Positions 47,252 through 55,505 of a stretch of DNA of 64,000 nucleotides are shown in pieces; the stretch's first letter is position 1, and every line of letters begins with the position of its first letter. The notes below the pieces were generated by a model. That model was not told the origin of the DNA, ran no database searches, and saw only the letters and a program-made list of their open reading frames with translations. This stretch comes from a virus. Lineage: Duplodnaviria; Caudoviricetes. The stretch spans positions 14,266 to 78,265 of IMG/VR virus record IMGVR_UViG_3300037743_000134. One strand, written 5' to 3'. A program made the translations under genes and the position numbers.

Positions 47252-47894
47252 GCCGCCGCGCAAACGTGTGCTCGGTATCGAGGTGCGCGAGGAGGTCGAC
47301 GACGAGGCCTCGCGACGCAGGCAGCTCGACAGCGAAAGGGCCGCCGAGCGCCGGTCACGCGAGATGCAGCAACGCCTGCCGCGCGTGTTTCCGCCGCCGG
47401 TGCCCAAGCCGGAATATCAGCGATCCTACACGCCGCTAGATATGCCCGTCGTCGAGCGCGGGCCGCTGCCTGAGTACACGCCGCGCCGATCGTGGCTTCC
47501 GCAATCACGGGTGCCCTCGTGGGCTTTGGGACTCGCGAGCGTGATCTCCGCCATCAGCGGAGCCATCGTCGCCGTACTGATTGCGCTTTCGACGCGCGCG
47601 CCAGCGGCGAAGCCTGCCGAGGTCGTGCGTGTGAGCGGAGAGGCGCGCGACCGCGACCGAGAACAGAATATTTTCCTCGCCGCAAGCCGCGAAGATCAGT
47701 TGGTTAAGGATCAGATCATTCTCGCTTGGATCTGCGCGCAGAACTCGAACGTGCCGGTCGCGCGAAACGTCGAGTGTCCCGATATTCGATGCGAACCGAC
47801 CCCCGTGCTCAAGGACGGGAAAATAATTCCAAAAGCCATGGCATGTCGCACCGAGGTCGCATGGCCATCCGTGCGGTTGGCACCGAAGCCATGA
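47241..47894 (+). CDS. Single-TM protein with Cys-containing C-terminal domain (i-spanin candidate)
   Basis: ATG 47241 in the 46950 frame; WALGLASVISAISGAIVAVLIAL. Confidence 0.55.
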   Translation: MAPEPPRKRVLGIEVREEVDDEASRRRQLDSERAAERRSREMQQRLPRVFPPPVPKPEYQRSYTPLDMPVVERGPLPEYTPRRSWLPQSRVPSWALGLASVISAISGAIVAVLIALSTRAPAAKPAEVVRVSGEARDRDREQNIFLAASREDQLVKDQIILAWICAQNSNVPVARNVECPDIRCEPTPVLKDGKIIPKAMACRTEVAWPSVRLAPKP

Positions 47895-48202
47895 GCGCTC
47901 GCTGGAAGTGCAGCCGCTGCTCGCGAGTCAAGCTCTACCTCGTCGAGGAACCCATCGTCCTGTCCGACTCTCCGTTTGACGCCAACGCGGCGCCGACGCG
48001 GGTCGTGACGGTGTGCGTAGAGTGCCTGCAGGCGCGGTGGCGACGTCAGGGATTTTGCGAGCTGTGCGGGGCGCTCCCGCATCGCGTGCTAGGTGTCGAC
48101 GGCGATGCCTGCCGTGTCTGCGGACTCGTGCACCAAGACGAAGAGCCGTCGCGACCGGGCGGCTGGAACGTAAGCCCGCTCTCATTCTTTGAGCTCGAAT
48201 AA
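47891..48202 (+). CDS. Zinc-finger hypothetical protein
   Basis: Four CxxC pairs; ATGA-coupled. Confidence 0.6.
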   Translation: MSARWKCSRCSRVKLYLVEEPIVLSDSPFDANAAPTRVVTVCVECLQARWRRQGFCELCGALPHRVLGVDGDACRVCGLVHQDEEPSRPGGWNVSPLSFFELE

Positions 48203-48223
48203 GCCACCGAAAGGACCGAACCC

Positions 48224-48376
48224 ATGTCGCTTGTCATTATGATTCTGATCCTCGTCGCCATCATCTTGCTCGCGGCCGTCGCACCACGGCCTATCGCTTG
48301 GGTCGCCCTCGGACTGGCAGTGATCGCGCTATTGCTGGTCGTGTTGGGAGGCTTCAGCGTCACGCTGGGCCGATGA
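48224..48376 (+). CDS. 50-aa two-TM peptide
   Basis: AAGGA RBS; MSLVIMILILVAIILLAAVAPRPIAWVALGLAVIALLLVVLGGFSVTLGR. Confidence 0.6.
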   Translation: MSLVIMILILVAIILLAAVAPRPIAWVALGLAVIALLLVVLGGFSVTLGR

Positions 48377-48433
48377 TGCCCATCCCTGCGAGCCTCTCGC
48401 GGGACGACATACGCGCGTGCCTACGCGCCCGTG

Positions 48434-48462
48434 TTGACAGCGCCCGGCCCGCTACGTAATCT
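48434..48462 (+). promoter_or_regulatory. Sigma70-type promoter TTGACA-17-TAATCT
   Basis: TTGACA 48434-39, TAATCT 48457-62. Confidence 0.5.
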
Positions 48463-48484
48463 CTCGCTACCACCCTCGCTCGTC

Positions 48485-48519
48485 AGCCTCGCTGGTCTCA
48501 CGACTGGCGAGGCTTTTTT
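48485..48519 (+). terminator. Intrinsic terminator ending late operon
   Basis: 13-bp stem (two G-U), loop TCAC, T6 tract. Confidence 0.85.
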
Positions 48520-48523
48520 GCGT

Positions 48524-48973
48524 CTACGGGCTCAGCCTGGGGCGCGTCCGCTGTTTGCCCCAACCGAGTCCGGCATTCCAACGGTTTCGGATCATCCAAT
48601 CGGCCGCGTCGAGCTCCGTGAGAATGCCGACCGGGTCGCGCAGCAGCACGGTCAGCCGACCGTTGTCGTAGCTTTGCCACGGCGGCGCTGACAGGGATAC
48701 TGGCAACCGACAATCACATAGGACCGGCTCGGCCATACCGTCACGCAGGACGCGCACTGGGAACGGCTCCTCGTGACACCCAGTGAGTGGCGGCAGGAGG
48801 CAGACGCAGCCCCAGCCGTCGAGCGAATAGCCATGCTCGGCGGCCCACCGGTGCGCCACGGAGAGCAGCTCGTGCTCGAGGTCTGTCAGTCCTTCGAGGC
48901 TGACGGCCTGCATCATGTGCGAATCGAGAGCGCTCGTGACGTACGAGGCCAGGGACGGGTCAGTCGTCGACAT
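48524..48973 (-). CDS. Hypothetical protein (distal early-left)
   Basis: 149-aa ORF coupled to upstream gene. Confidence 0.55.
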   Translation of the reverse strand: MSTTDPSLASYVTSALDSHMMQAVSLEGLTDLEHELLSVAHRWAAEHGYSLDGWGCVCLLPPLTGCHEEPFPVRVLRDGMAEPVLCDCRLPVSLSAPPWQSYDNGRLTVLLRDPVGILTELDAADWMIRNRWNAGLGWGKQRTRPRLSP

Positions 48974-49121
48974 TCTCGAGCTCCATGAGCCGCTCGTACA
49001 CCCGATCCCGCTCCCGTATCCGCCGCTCGCGCTCGCTCGGCTGCATGTGCTCCTCGGGCTCGTAGATTTCTTCGTTGAGCACGTCGAGGCGTGCGCGGAG
49101 GGTTTCGATGGTTTCGGTCAT
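48960..49121 (-). CDS. Small coiled-coil protein
   Basis: AAGGA upstream of MTETIETLRARL. Confidence 0.55.
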   Translation of the reverse strand: MTETIETLRARLDVLNEEIYEPEEHMQPSERERRIRERDRVYERLMELENVDD

Positions 49122-49190
49122 CGTCTCATCCTTTCGGGGCCGCTCGCCCCGGGCCTGCTCGCGATAGCTCACGGGCAGGGCCGGCGGCAG

Positions 49191-49355
49191 TCAGCGCTCA
49201 ACAGGATCGCCGGTCCGCATGTCGCGCACACGTGACGGCCAGCCATCGGCTCGTTCAAGCTGCGCCGCACGCAGCGCCTCGCGCTTGCTCGCGTACTCAC
49301 GTACGCCGTAACGGGTTTTGACGGAGTATCTCACGGGATTGCTGGGTTTGTTCAT
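49191..49355 (-). CDS. Small hypothetical protein
   Basis: GAAGGA upstream of MNKPSNPVRY. Confidence 0.5.
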   Translation of the reverse strand: MNKPSNPVRYSVKTRYGVREYASKREALRAAQLERADGWPSRVRDMRTGDPVER

Positions 49356-49485
49356 TTGGTGTCGTCCTTCGCATGCCGCGGGCTGCGGCGTCGATGGTCC
49401 GGGTAGATGCACGCGGCGTACCAAACTATCGCACTCGCGTAACGCGGCTAAGTGCTTGATCCCAGGTGCGCGATTGCGTAGCACA

Positions 49486-49512
49486 GGTTACACTGATGCG
49501 TAACAGGTTACG
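49486..49512. promoter_or_regulatory. Operator-like site 1 GGTTACACTG-N5-TAACNGGTTACG (within palindrome ATGCGTAAC-AG-GTTACGCAT)
   Basis: Matches site 2 at 49814-49840. Confidence 0.6.
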
Positions 49513-49753
49513 CATTCCGGGTAGTAGCCTTCACACGTGGCCGCCCTCCGCGCCTGGCCTCCGGGGGCAGTCTCCGGAGTCTCTCGGCGGCGAGCTTGGG
49601 GTGCCTGGCCACGACCCTCTGCAGCGTAGACGTAGGCACGTCCAGCGCTTTAGCGGCGGGCTCGAGCCGCCACGAGTGGGCCACGAGCGCCTCACGGACA
49701 GTAGCGAGCTCCTCGGTGGCATGGCGGGCCCAGACGGTGCGCAGGGTAGTCAC
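49508..49753 (-). CDS. Fis-type (HTH_8) DNA-binding protein
   Basis: VREALVAHSWRLEPAAKALDVPTSTLQR. Confidence 0.75.
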   Translation of the reverse strand: MTTLRTVWARHATEELATVREALVAHSWRLEPAAKALDVPTSTLQRVVARHPKLAAERLRRLPPEARRGGRPRVKATTRNA

Positions 49754-49813
49754 GCCGTCTCATCAGCATGGACCGTGCCAGCTACTCGTCGAGGGCCCGG
49801 AGCGCGCAGCCCG

Positions 49814-49840
49814 GGTTACACTGCCGCATAACCGGTTACG
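49814..49840. promoter_or_regulatory. Operator-like site 2
   Basis: GGTTACACTG-CCGCA-TAAC-C-GGTTACG. Confidence 0.6.
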
Positions 49841-49928
49841 GGGAGGCCCGACTCCTCGGTAGTGTCAGCCCGGCTATGCTCCGGGACTCCACGCACGCCA
49901 TCCGGTCGCCGTGGGAGCGCTTCTGTCA

Positions 49929-51509
49929 TTAGGCGCGACGCTTCATCTGCGTCGCATTGTCGTACTCGTTGAGCCTTGTGCGCACGGCTGCCCATAGGCG
50001 GTCCCCAAGGTCTGGCTTGGCCAGCTCCCGCCTCACGACCGTCACGACCCGCCCCATGGACTCGACGCGCTCTAGCAGCCTCGCCTCCGCCTTGCGCAGC
50101 TCGTCGCAGAGGGCGCGACGTGTGGTGAGCGCATCGTTGCACTCCGCGAGCTCGCGTTCGGCCAAGCCACGCTTGGCGTCCGCCGTGAGGGCTTTATCCG
50201 CTGCTTCGTCCCGCTCGCGACGGGCGGCGTCTCGTTCCTCAATCACCAGCTTGACTACGTCCGCCAGGCTTGCTTCGGTCGGAAAGCGCATGTCGGCATT
50301 GTCGCCGCTGAGCACGTCTTCTGCTGCCTCAATCTGCGCGCGCGTGGCGGTGAGCTCGGCCCTCGCGTGCCGTAGCTCCTCCCCCCGCTTCGCCAGCAGA
50401 TCCTCGAGTTCGGCCGACTTGGTGCTGTAGCCCTCGAGCAGCAGCCTCGCGTCGGCGAGCTCCGTGGCGGATTTCTCGGCGCGCTCGCGCTCGACGGCAA
50501 CAGCCTGGCGCCACTCAGCATCGCGCGAATCGGCACGCGATCGTTCGTTGTCTTTCCAGATCTTTTGCGCTGCCGTAAGTCGGCAATCGGCGGCGGCCCA
50601 CTCACGCCGGGCGGCGGCGAGCTCGGCGGCGATCTGGTCTCGCTCTTCGCGCAGCGCGGCTTCGCTCGCGACTCTGCGTTCGTACCCTCGACCGGCGTTG
50701 TCCAGATCACTCCGCAGCCGCTCGAGCTCGGCGCGGAGCTGGTCGCGGGCGGCTTCGGCGCTGCATGCGCGGTCAGCGTACTCAATCCGTTCACGACGAA
50801 GACGACGCACGCACACGTGCTGCGCTTCGTCCGTATAGCGCGTTGGCGCTATGGTCTCATCTATCCAGTTCGCGTGCTGCCGCAGCCTCTCATTCTCGTC
50901 GAGCAATAGCGGCGGGCCGATGCGGGCGGCGACGCGCTTGCCAGTTCCGTTGCAGGCAGCGCACGGAGCACTGACGAACGAGTCGGCGGCAATGGCGTAC
51001 TGTTCAGCGCCGCGGCCTTTGCATCTGGGGCAGGTCGCGGCCTCGGGTGGCGGGGGCTCGCGCCGCTTATTCCAGCACTCGTCACAGAACGTGAAAACCG
51101 TGCCGCCTTCCGCCTTCGTCTGTAGCTTGCCGCAGCGGTCGCACGGGTAGAGCAGCTCGGCAGTGCCGGCCGTAGTCGGTGGGGGCTCTCGCCTCATGCC
51201 ACTTCCGTGATCGGTGCGCTCACTCTGCGGAGGATAGACCATCGGCGTAACCTTCATCTTCACGGTGCCGGTCGTCTTACTGCAGTGCACGGCCTGTGTG
51301 TACTCCACAACATCATCAGTGTTTATCTTCTCGTCCCCTTCGTACCATCTCGGTTTCGGCAGCGCGTCGAGGCGGGCCGCGAGATGTAGCCGGAGCCGGG
51401 TAAGCGCGTCCTGTTCGGCCGTCCCCAGGTCGTCGCACGGGCCGCAGTGAATCGAGTCGGGGCTACGTTCCCAGCCACACACGGCGCATGCGCTGTCATC
51501 CGTTGTCAT
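49929..51509 (-). CDS. Mosaic early protein: several CxxC motifs plus long coiled coil
   Basis: 526 aa; CAVC, CDRC, CPRCKGRG, CAACNGTG; heptad repeats. Confidence 0.7.
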   Translation of the reverse strand: MTTDDSACAVCGWERSPDSIHCGPCDDLGTAEQDALTRLRLHLAARLDALPKPRWYEGDEKINTDDVVEYTQAVHCSKTTGTVKMKVTPMVYPPQSERTDHGSGMRREPPPTTAGTAELLYPCDRCGKLQTKAEGGTVFTFCDECWNKRREPPPPEAATCPRCKGRGAEQYAIAADSFVSAPCAACNGTGKRVAARIGPPLLLDENERLRQHANWIDETIAPTRYTDEAQHVCVRRLRRERIEYADRACSAEAARDQLRAELERLRSDLDNAGRGYERRVASEAALREERDQIAAELAAARREWAAADCRLTAAQKIWKDNERSRADSRDAEWRQAVAVERERAEKSATELADARLLLEGYSTKSAELEDLLAKRGEELRHARAELTATRAQIEAAEDVLSGDNADMRFPTEASLADVVKLVIEERDAARRERDEAADKALTADAKRGLAERELAECNDALTTRRALCDELRKAEARLLERVESMGRVVTVVRRELAKPDLGDRLWAAVRTRLNEYDNATQMKRRA

Positions 51510-51729
51510 CGTCCGAATCCTTCCCGAGCGCCTCGGCAGCCGCGTGCAAGTGCGCGCCCGTCAAACGATACATCTTGCCCTTGTGCACGTACGCCAGCAC
51601 GCCGCTTAACGTCTCGTTGCTGCGGTCAAATCGAGCGAAGTCTGCGAATGGCTGCAGCGCTGCCTCCAGCTCGTCCACGCGGGCACGAAGTAGCTTGTTG
51701 TCAGCGGAGAGTTTCTTCGTGTCCATCAC
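51496..51729 (-). CDS. Hypothetical protein
   Basis: Coupled small ORF, EAALQPFA motif. Confidence 0.55.
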   Translation of the reverse strand: MMDTKKLSADNKLLRARVDELEAALQPFADFARFDRSNETLSGVLAYVHKGKMYRLTGAHLHAAAEALGKDSDDDNG

Positions 51730-51932
51730 GCCCTCCTTCGCCCCATCAATTGCAGCCGCGCATCCTCCAACGCAAACACGTGCTGCGCCACGTTTGGCGT
51801 ACCCGCCTCGTACGTGACGGTGTCGCCGCTGCGAAACGATCCGACGCAGGTGAGTGCAATCAGCGAGCCGTCGTAGGCTTGCTCGAGCAGGCCTTTCAGC
51901 GCCTCGATTACGTCTTGGCTTGTGGGTGTCAT
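51726..51932 (-). CDS. Hypothetical protein
   Basis: GAAGGA upstream of ATG 51932. Confidence 0.55.
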   Translation of the reverse strand: MTPTSQDVIEALKGLLEQAYDGSLIALTCVGSFRSGDTVTYEAGTPNVAQHVFALEDARLQLMGRRRA

Positions 51933-52342
51933 GGGGGATCCTTCTTCGTCGCGAGGGCGGCGGCGCGCTTCAGGTCGCCCTTCGTGATCTGCCACTCGGT
52001 GTCGTAATCGTTAGCGTCCTCGTTGTCGAAACACACGTAATCATCCCCGTAGCGGCGCAGCGGTGGCACCACCGACGCTGCCCACGCGGCGAACGGCTCC
52101 AGGGCAGCCCGGCGCTCATCGTTCTCGGTCGCTAGCCTGTCTCGCTCGTCTGTAACCTCCTTGAGCATTTTTCGCTCCGCTTGTTTCTCACTCTTACGAT
52201 TCGCGATCCACAGTTGCAGCATGCGCCAGACGCCGTCCTCGAGTGCCTCGCCGCTGCGAGGCTGCATCAGTAGGCCAATCTTCTCGTTGGCCTCATCGAG
52301 GGCAGCTCGCAATTCGTTGAGCTCGGCTTTCGCGTCAGCCAC
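51929..52342 (-). CDS. Coiled-coil hypothetical protein
   Basis: RAALEPFA...ITKGDLKRAA. Confidence 0.6.
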   Translation of the reverse strand: MADAKAELNELRAALDEANEKIGLLMQPRSGEALEDGVWRMLQLWIANRKSEKQAERKMLKEVTDERDRLATENDERRAALEPFAAWAASVVPPLRRYGDDYVCFDNEDANDYDTEWQITKGDLKRAAALATKKDPP

Positions 52343-52706
52343 GGCGCCCCGCTTTCGTCTTGGGCTCAGCGTCTATCTCCCGGATCGCGCCACGTGGCAG
52401 CTCGGGCGGAGGCTCGAGAAATGCGGCGGGAATGGCGGGCGCCACTGTCGACGCCGTATCGAGATCAACGTCGACGTGGAGGAGCTCACCAGCTTGCGCC
52501 TCCGGCTCTGGCTCACTCTGCAGCGGCGGCGCATCGGGCAGAGCGGCGCGTGCCACCTTGACCGCGAGCTCGCATTCCGCCATCAGCTCTTCCCTGCGTT
52601 TCTCGTGGCGCTCGGTTTCGGCGTCGATTTTCTTCGCGTAATTCTTCAGCGCCTTCGCTTCGGCTTTGGCGACTAGGGTGCGGATTTGGTCGTGGATTGT
52701 ACTCAT
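52335..52706 (-). CDS. Hypothetical protein
   Basis: AAAGGA upstream; ATG overlaps HNH stop. Confidence 0.55.
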   Translation of the reverse strand: MSTIHDQIRTLVAKAEAKALKNYAKKIDAETERHEKRREELMAECELAVKVARAALPDAPPLQSEPEPEAQAGELLHVDVDLDTASTVAPAIPAAFLEPPPELPRGAIREIDAEPKTKAGRRG

Positions 52707-53425
52707 GTGCCCATTTCCTTTTTCTTGCGGCGGAGCAGGTTGTGGCATTGGCGGCAACGGCGGCCATATTTCAGGTTCAAAACGTTACGGCCATACAGCG
52801 CATGACCGCGCTTGCAGTAGGCGCGACGTCTAGCCAGGTCCTCGCGCGGCACATATCCGGGCGGGCGACGCGTGCGTGCTCCATTTCTGCTAGACGCACT
52901 GCGCTCGCGGTCAATTGCCCTTGTGCAGATCTTGCAACGCCGGCCGCCTCCCTTGCTCCAAATGACGTTATCGCCACTGAGCTTGTGCCCGTTCTTGCAG
53001 TGTGTCTTGCGTGCGTTCGCTCCCGTCGGGTTTCTCAGGCCTCTCAACATGTTCTCGCGGTGTGTAACCGGCTCCAGGTGCGCTGGATTGACGCATGCCG
53101 GCGTGTTGCACTTGTGATCTAGTTCGAGGCCATCCAGTATGGGTCCGATGTGATGCTGATAGCTCCACCTGTGCGCTAGCAGCTTGCGCTCGCCATCCCA
53201 GAATCGACCATAGCCGCGCTTGTTGGTATGGTCAGTCCAGAGCCAGCACCCAGACACAGGACATCGGAGAAACTTTTCCTCGAAGCGCTCTAGGTGTGTG
53301 CGCTGGGCTTTTTTCGCAGCGAAATGGCAGGCCTTGGAACAGAACTGGCCATGTCCTGGTTTTAGTAGTGCGCTTGGACGTCTGCGGAACGCGGCTCCGC
53401 AGTTAGCACACGAGCGGTCAGTCAT
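52703..53425 (-). CDS. HNH endonuclease (HNH_3 type) with two C-terminal CKxGH...CxxC motifs
   Basis: CWLWT, AHRWSY, LDHKCNTPACVNPAHLEPVT. Confidence 0.9.
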   Translation of the reverse strand: MTDRSCANCGAAFRRRPSALLKPGHGQFCSKACHFAAKKAQRTHLERFEEKFLRCPVSGCWLWTDHTNKRGYGRFWDGERKLLAHRWSYQHHIGPILDGLELDHKCNTPACVNPAHLEPVTHRENMLRGLRNPTGANARKTHCKNGHKLSGDNVIWSKGGGRRCKICTRAIDRERSASSRNGARTRRPPGYVPREDLARRRAYCKRGHALYGRNVLNLKYGRRCRQCHNLLRRKKKEMGT

Positions 53426-53491
53426 CGTGAGCCTTCGAGCTTGTCGATTCTGACGAGCTTGTGCGAGATGCGTAGGGCGAGCTGGACAGGG

Positions 53492-54448
53492 TTAGACATC
53501 GTCTGCTCCTTCGATTGCCGCTCGCTCTGCATCGTCGTCGTCGACGAAAGATGCGACGACGTCCGTTGAGCGCACATTCGCCATGTGCTCTTCTTCGAGC
53601 TTCGCGAGGCGTCTGTTCACACGCTGCCAGTCCTTCGATAGCTGCTTGTGATAGTCCGCGCTCACGTTTCCTGCTGCTATCTCTGTTTGGATTGCGACAG
53701 CTGCAGAGCCCGCAATCATGCGCGCCTTGCTGCCGAGCAGCGCGCGGGCCTCGTCGAGCTGGTCGTCGACCATGACGCGCTCTGCCTGACGAATCATGTC
53801 CGCCAGGCCCTTCGGGTTCGAGCCTTGCGGGTTATAGTTGTCCGGGTCGAAGGGCGTGATTTTGGGGAGCTCGCGCGCGGCAGGCGCGGATTCTGCTTGT
53901 GCCATTTCTTCGGGCACGTACAGGCCTGACATGTCCTCCGGGAAGGCCTTCCGCAACGCAAGCGCCTCGGCACACTTCGCCAGCATGACGTGCGGCATGG
54001 TTGCCCAGAATCGCGTAGGTGCGCCCTCCTTTGTCTTCTGGACGTACTCCGCCCAATGCGCGACGCCGACCGATGGGCGCTGCCAATCCTTGCGATAGAC
54101 GCGCACGGTAGCCTTGAGCACCTGACCGCTCTGCTCGTCGTACTCCGGTTCGTCCTGGCCGTCGTACTTGCCGGTGCGCTCGGCAATGGCACGCAAGCCG
54201 TCGATGCTCGCCTGCGCGGCCCACACTTCGGAGCGCGTCTTACTATCCCAGCGCTTGACGAAATGGATCTGCTTCAGCAGCGGATTAAGCCTCCGCGCCG
54301 AGGCAATCTCCATGAGCACCGCGAACTCCTCGCGACCCGCGCCCTTGGCGTACATGGAGTAGATCATTTCTTGCTGGGCTTCGCTGAATTCGAGGCGTGT
54401 TGCCAGCGCTGCACCGTTGGGCTTGTGGACTTCGATAGCGGTCGTCAT
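53492..54448 (-). CDS. bet: Single-strand annealing recombinase, Red-beta/RecT family
   Basis: LNPLLKQIHFV, SIDGLRAIAERTG, MPHVMLAKCAEALALRKAFP; AGGAG RBS before 54448. Confidence 0.92.
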   Translation of the reverse strand: MTTAIEVHKPNGAALATRLEFSEAQQEMIYSMYAKGAGREEFAVLMEIASARRLNPLLKQIHFVKRWDSKTRSEVWAAQASIDGLRAIAERTGKYDGQDEPEYDEQSGQVLKATVRVYRKDWQRPSVGVAHWAEYVQKTKEGAPTRFWATMPHVMLAKCAEALALRKAFPEDMSGLYVPEEMAQAESAPAARELPKITPFDPDNYNPQGSNPKGLADMIRQAERVMVDDQLDEARALLGSKARMIAGSAAVAIQTEIAAGNVSADYHKQLSKDWQRVNRRLAKLEEEHMANVRSTDVVASFVDDDDAERAAIEGADDV

Positions 54449-54516
54449 GTGTTTCTCCTGTCGCTGCTTCTCGCGCACGAAGTCGATGCTCGCGGCGAGC
54501 TGTTTCTCCAAAGCGG

Positions 54517-54750
54517 TCACAGCGCCTCCGAGTCCTGGTCGCGCAGCTCCGCGTCGACCAAAGCAAGGATCGTCGTCAGCCTGCCGTTGACCCGTGTCAG
54601 CGCAGCCTGGGCGCGCACGAGCTTCCCGCCGAGGCCACGGGCTGCGTCGACGGCAACGCGGAGTGCCTCTTCGAGCTCCGCTTCTCGCGCCTTGGACGCG
54701 GCGAGCTGGAGCTCAAGTTGAGCGACGCGGGACTCGGGCGTCATGTCCAC
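54517..54750 (-). CDS. Coiled-coil hypothetical protein
   Basis: 77 aa heptad pattern. Confidence 0.55.
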   Translation of the reverse strand: MDMTPESRVAQLELQLAASKAREAELEEALRVAVDAARGLGGKLVRAQAALTRVNGRLTTILALVDAELRDQDSEAL

Positions 54751-54977
54751 CGCTCCCGCGCGAGTTGCAGCGTATGAATGCTCTCCTCGCCAATGCTCGC
54801 CCTCACTGTATGCCGCCTGTGCCAGGCGACTTCGAGCTCGGCCGCTTCTCGCGACTCATAGAGATTGCTGATCTCACCGTGGACGTAGACGACATAGACC
54901 TTCGACGCTTCGCGGAAGCGTTTCTGCCAGTCCATGATCTCTTTCTGCCAGTCCATGATCTCGTGCGCGTCGGTCAT
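54741..54977 (-). CDS. Hypothetical protein with duplicated EIMDWQK
   Basis: GAGG upstream of ATG 54977. Confidence 0.55.
   Translation of the reverse strand: MTDAHEIMDWQKEIMDWQKRFREASKVYVVYVHGEISNLYESREAAELEVAWHRRHTVRASIGEESIHTLQLARERWT
54921..54962. repeat. Perfect 21-bp tandem duplication
   Basis: TTTCTGCCAGTCCATGATCTC x2. Confidence 0.95.
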
Positions 54978-55080
54978 GGGCGCCTCACAATCGTGAATCC
55001 GAATGGCATCGCGGCCTCGCGCGCCTCTTGAGCCGTCCGATACGGCCCAGCTAGGCCAGCCGGAGTAACAACCCACCAAG

Positions 55081-55278
55081 TCACGAAACCCTCCATGGTG
55101 CGTCCACCCGCGCGGTCAGGTTCGCGTCGCGCACCGAGCTTTGCTCCTCTGCCCTGACGGCATCCTCAACGTCGTGCGCGCAGTGCATAATCTCGACGAT
55201 GGTCGCGTCGTCGGGCACGTGCTTGATCAGCAGGTCGAGGAGCCTGCGATAAGCGTCGATTCTCGGGTTCACGGCCAT
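55081..55278 (-). CDS. Hypothetical protein
   Basis: ATG overlaps upstream TGA. Confidence 0.55.
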   Translation of the reverse strand: MAVNPRIDAYRRLLDLLIKHVPDDATIVEIMHCAHDVEDAVRAEEQSSVRDANLTARVDAPWRVS

Positions 55279-55505
55279 CAGGCCACCCCTTCCATCAGCT
55301 CGTGCTCCACTCTCGCCAGCTCGTCCCACAGCTCAAGCTGTCGCGGCTCATCGTCGTAGTATTCGGCGCTGATCAGCTCGTCCTCGCGGATTTCGAGCGC
55401 GCGAATTTTGAGCCGTTCTATGCGGGCGTTTCGATGCGCGTGTTGCAGCACGTTAAAAACGTTGACGTTGAGCGAGGCTGACTCGCGGGGGACGAAAATG
55501 CTCAT
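55278..55505 (-). CDS. Hypothetical protein
   Basis: ATGA-coupled, MSIFVPRES... Confidence 0.55.
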   Translation of the reverse strand: MSIFVPRESASLNVNVFNVLQHAHRNARIERLKIRALEIREDELISAEYYDDEPRQLELWDELARVEHELMEGVA

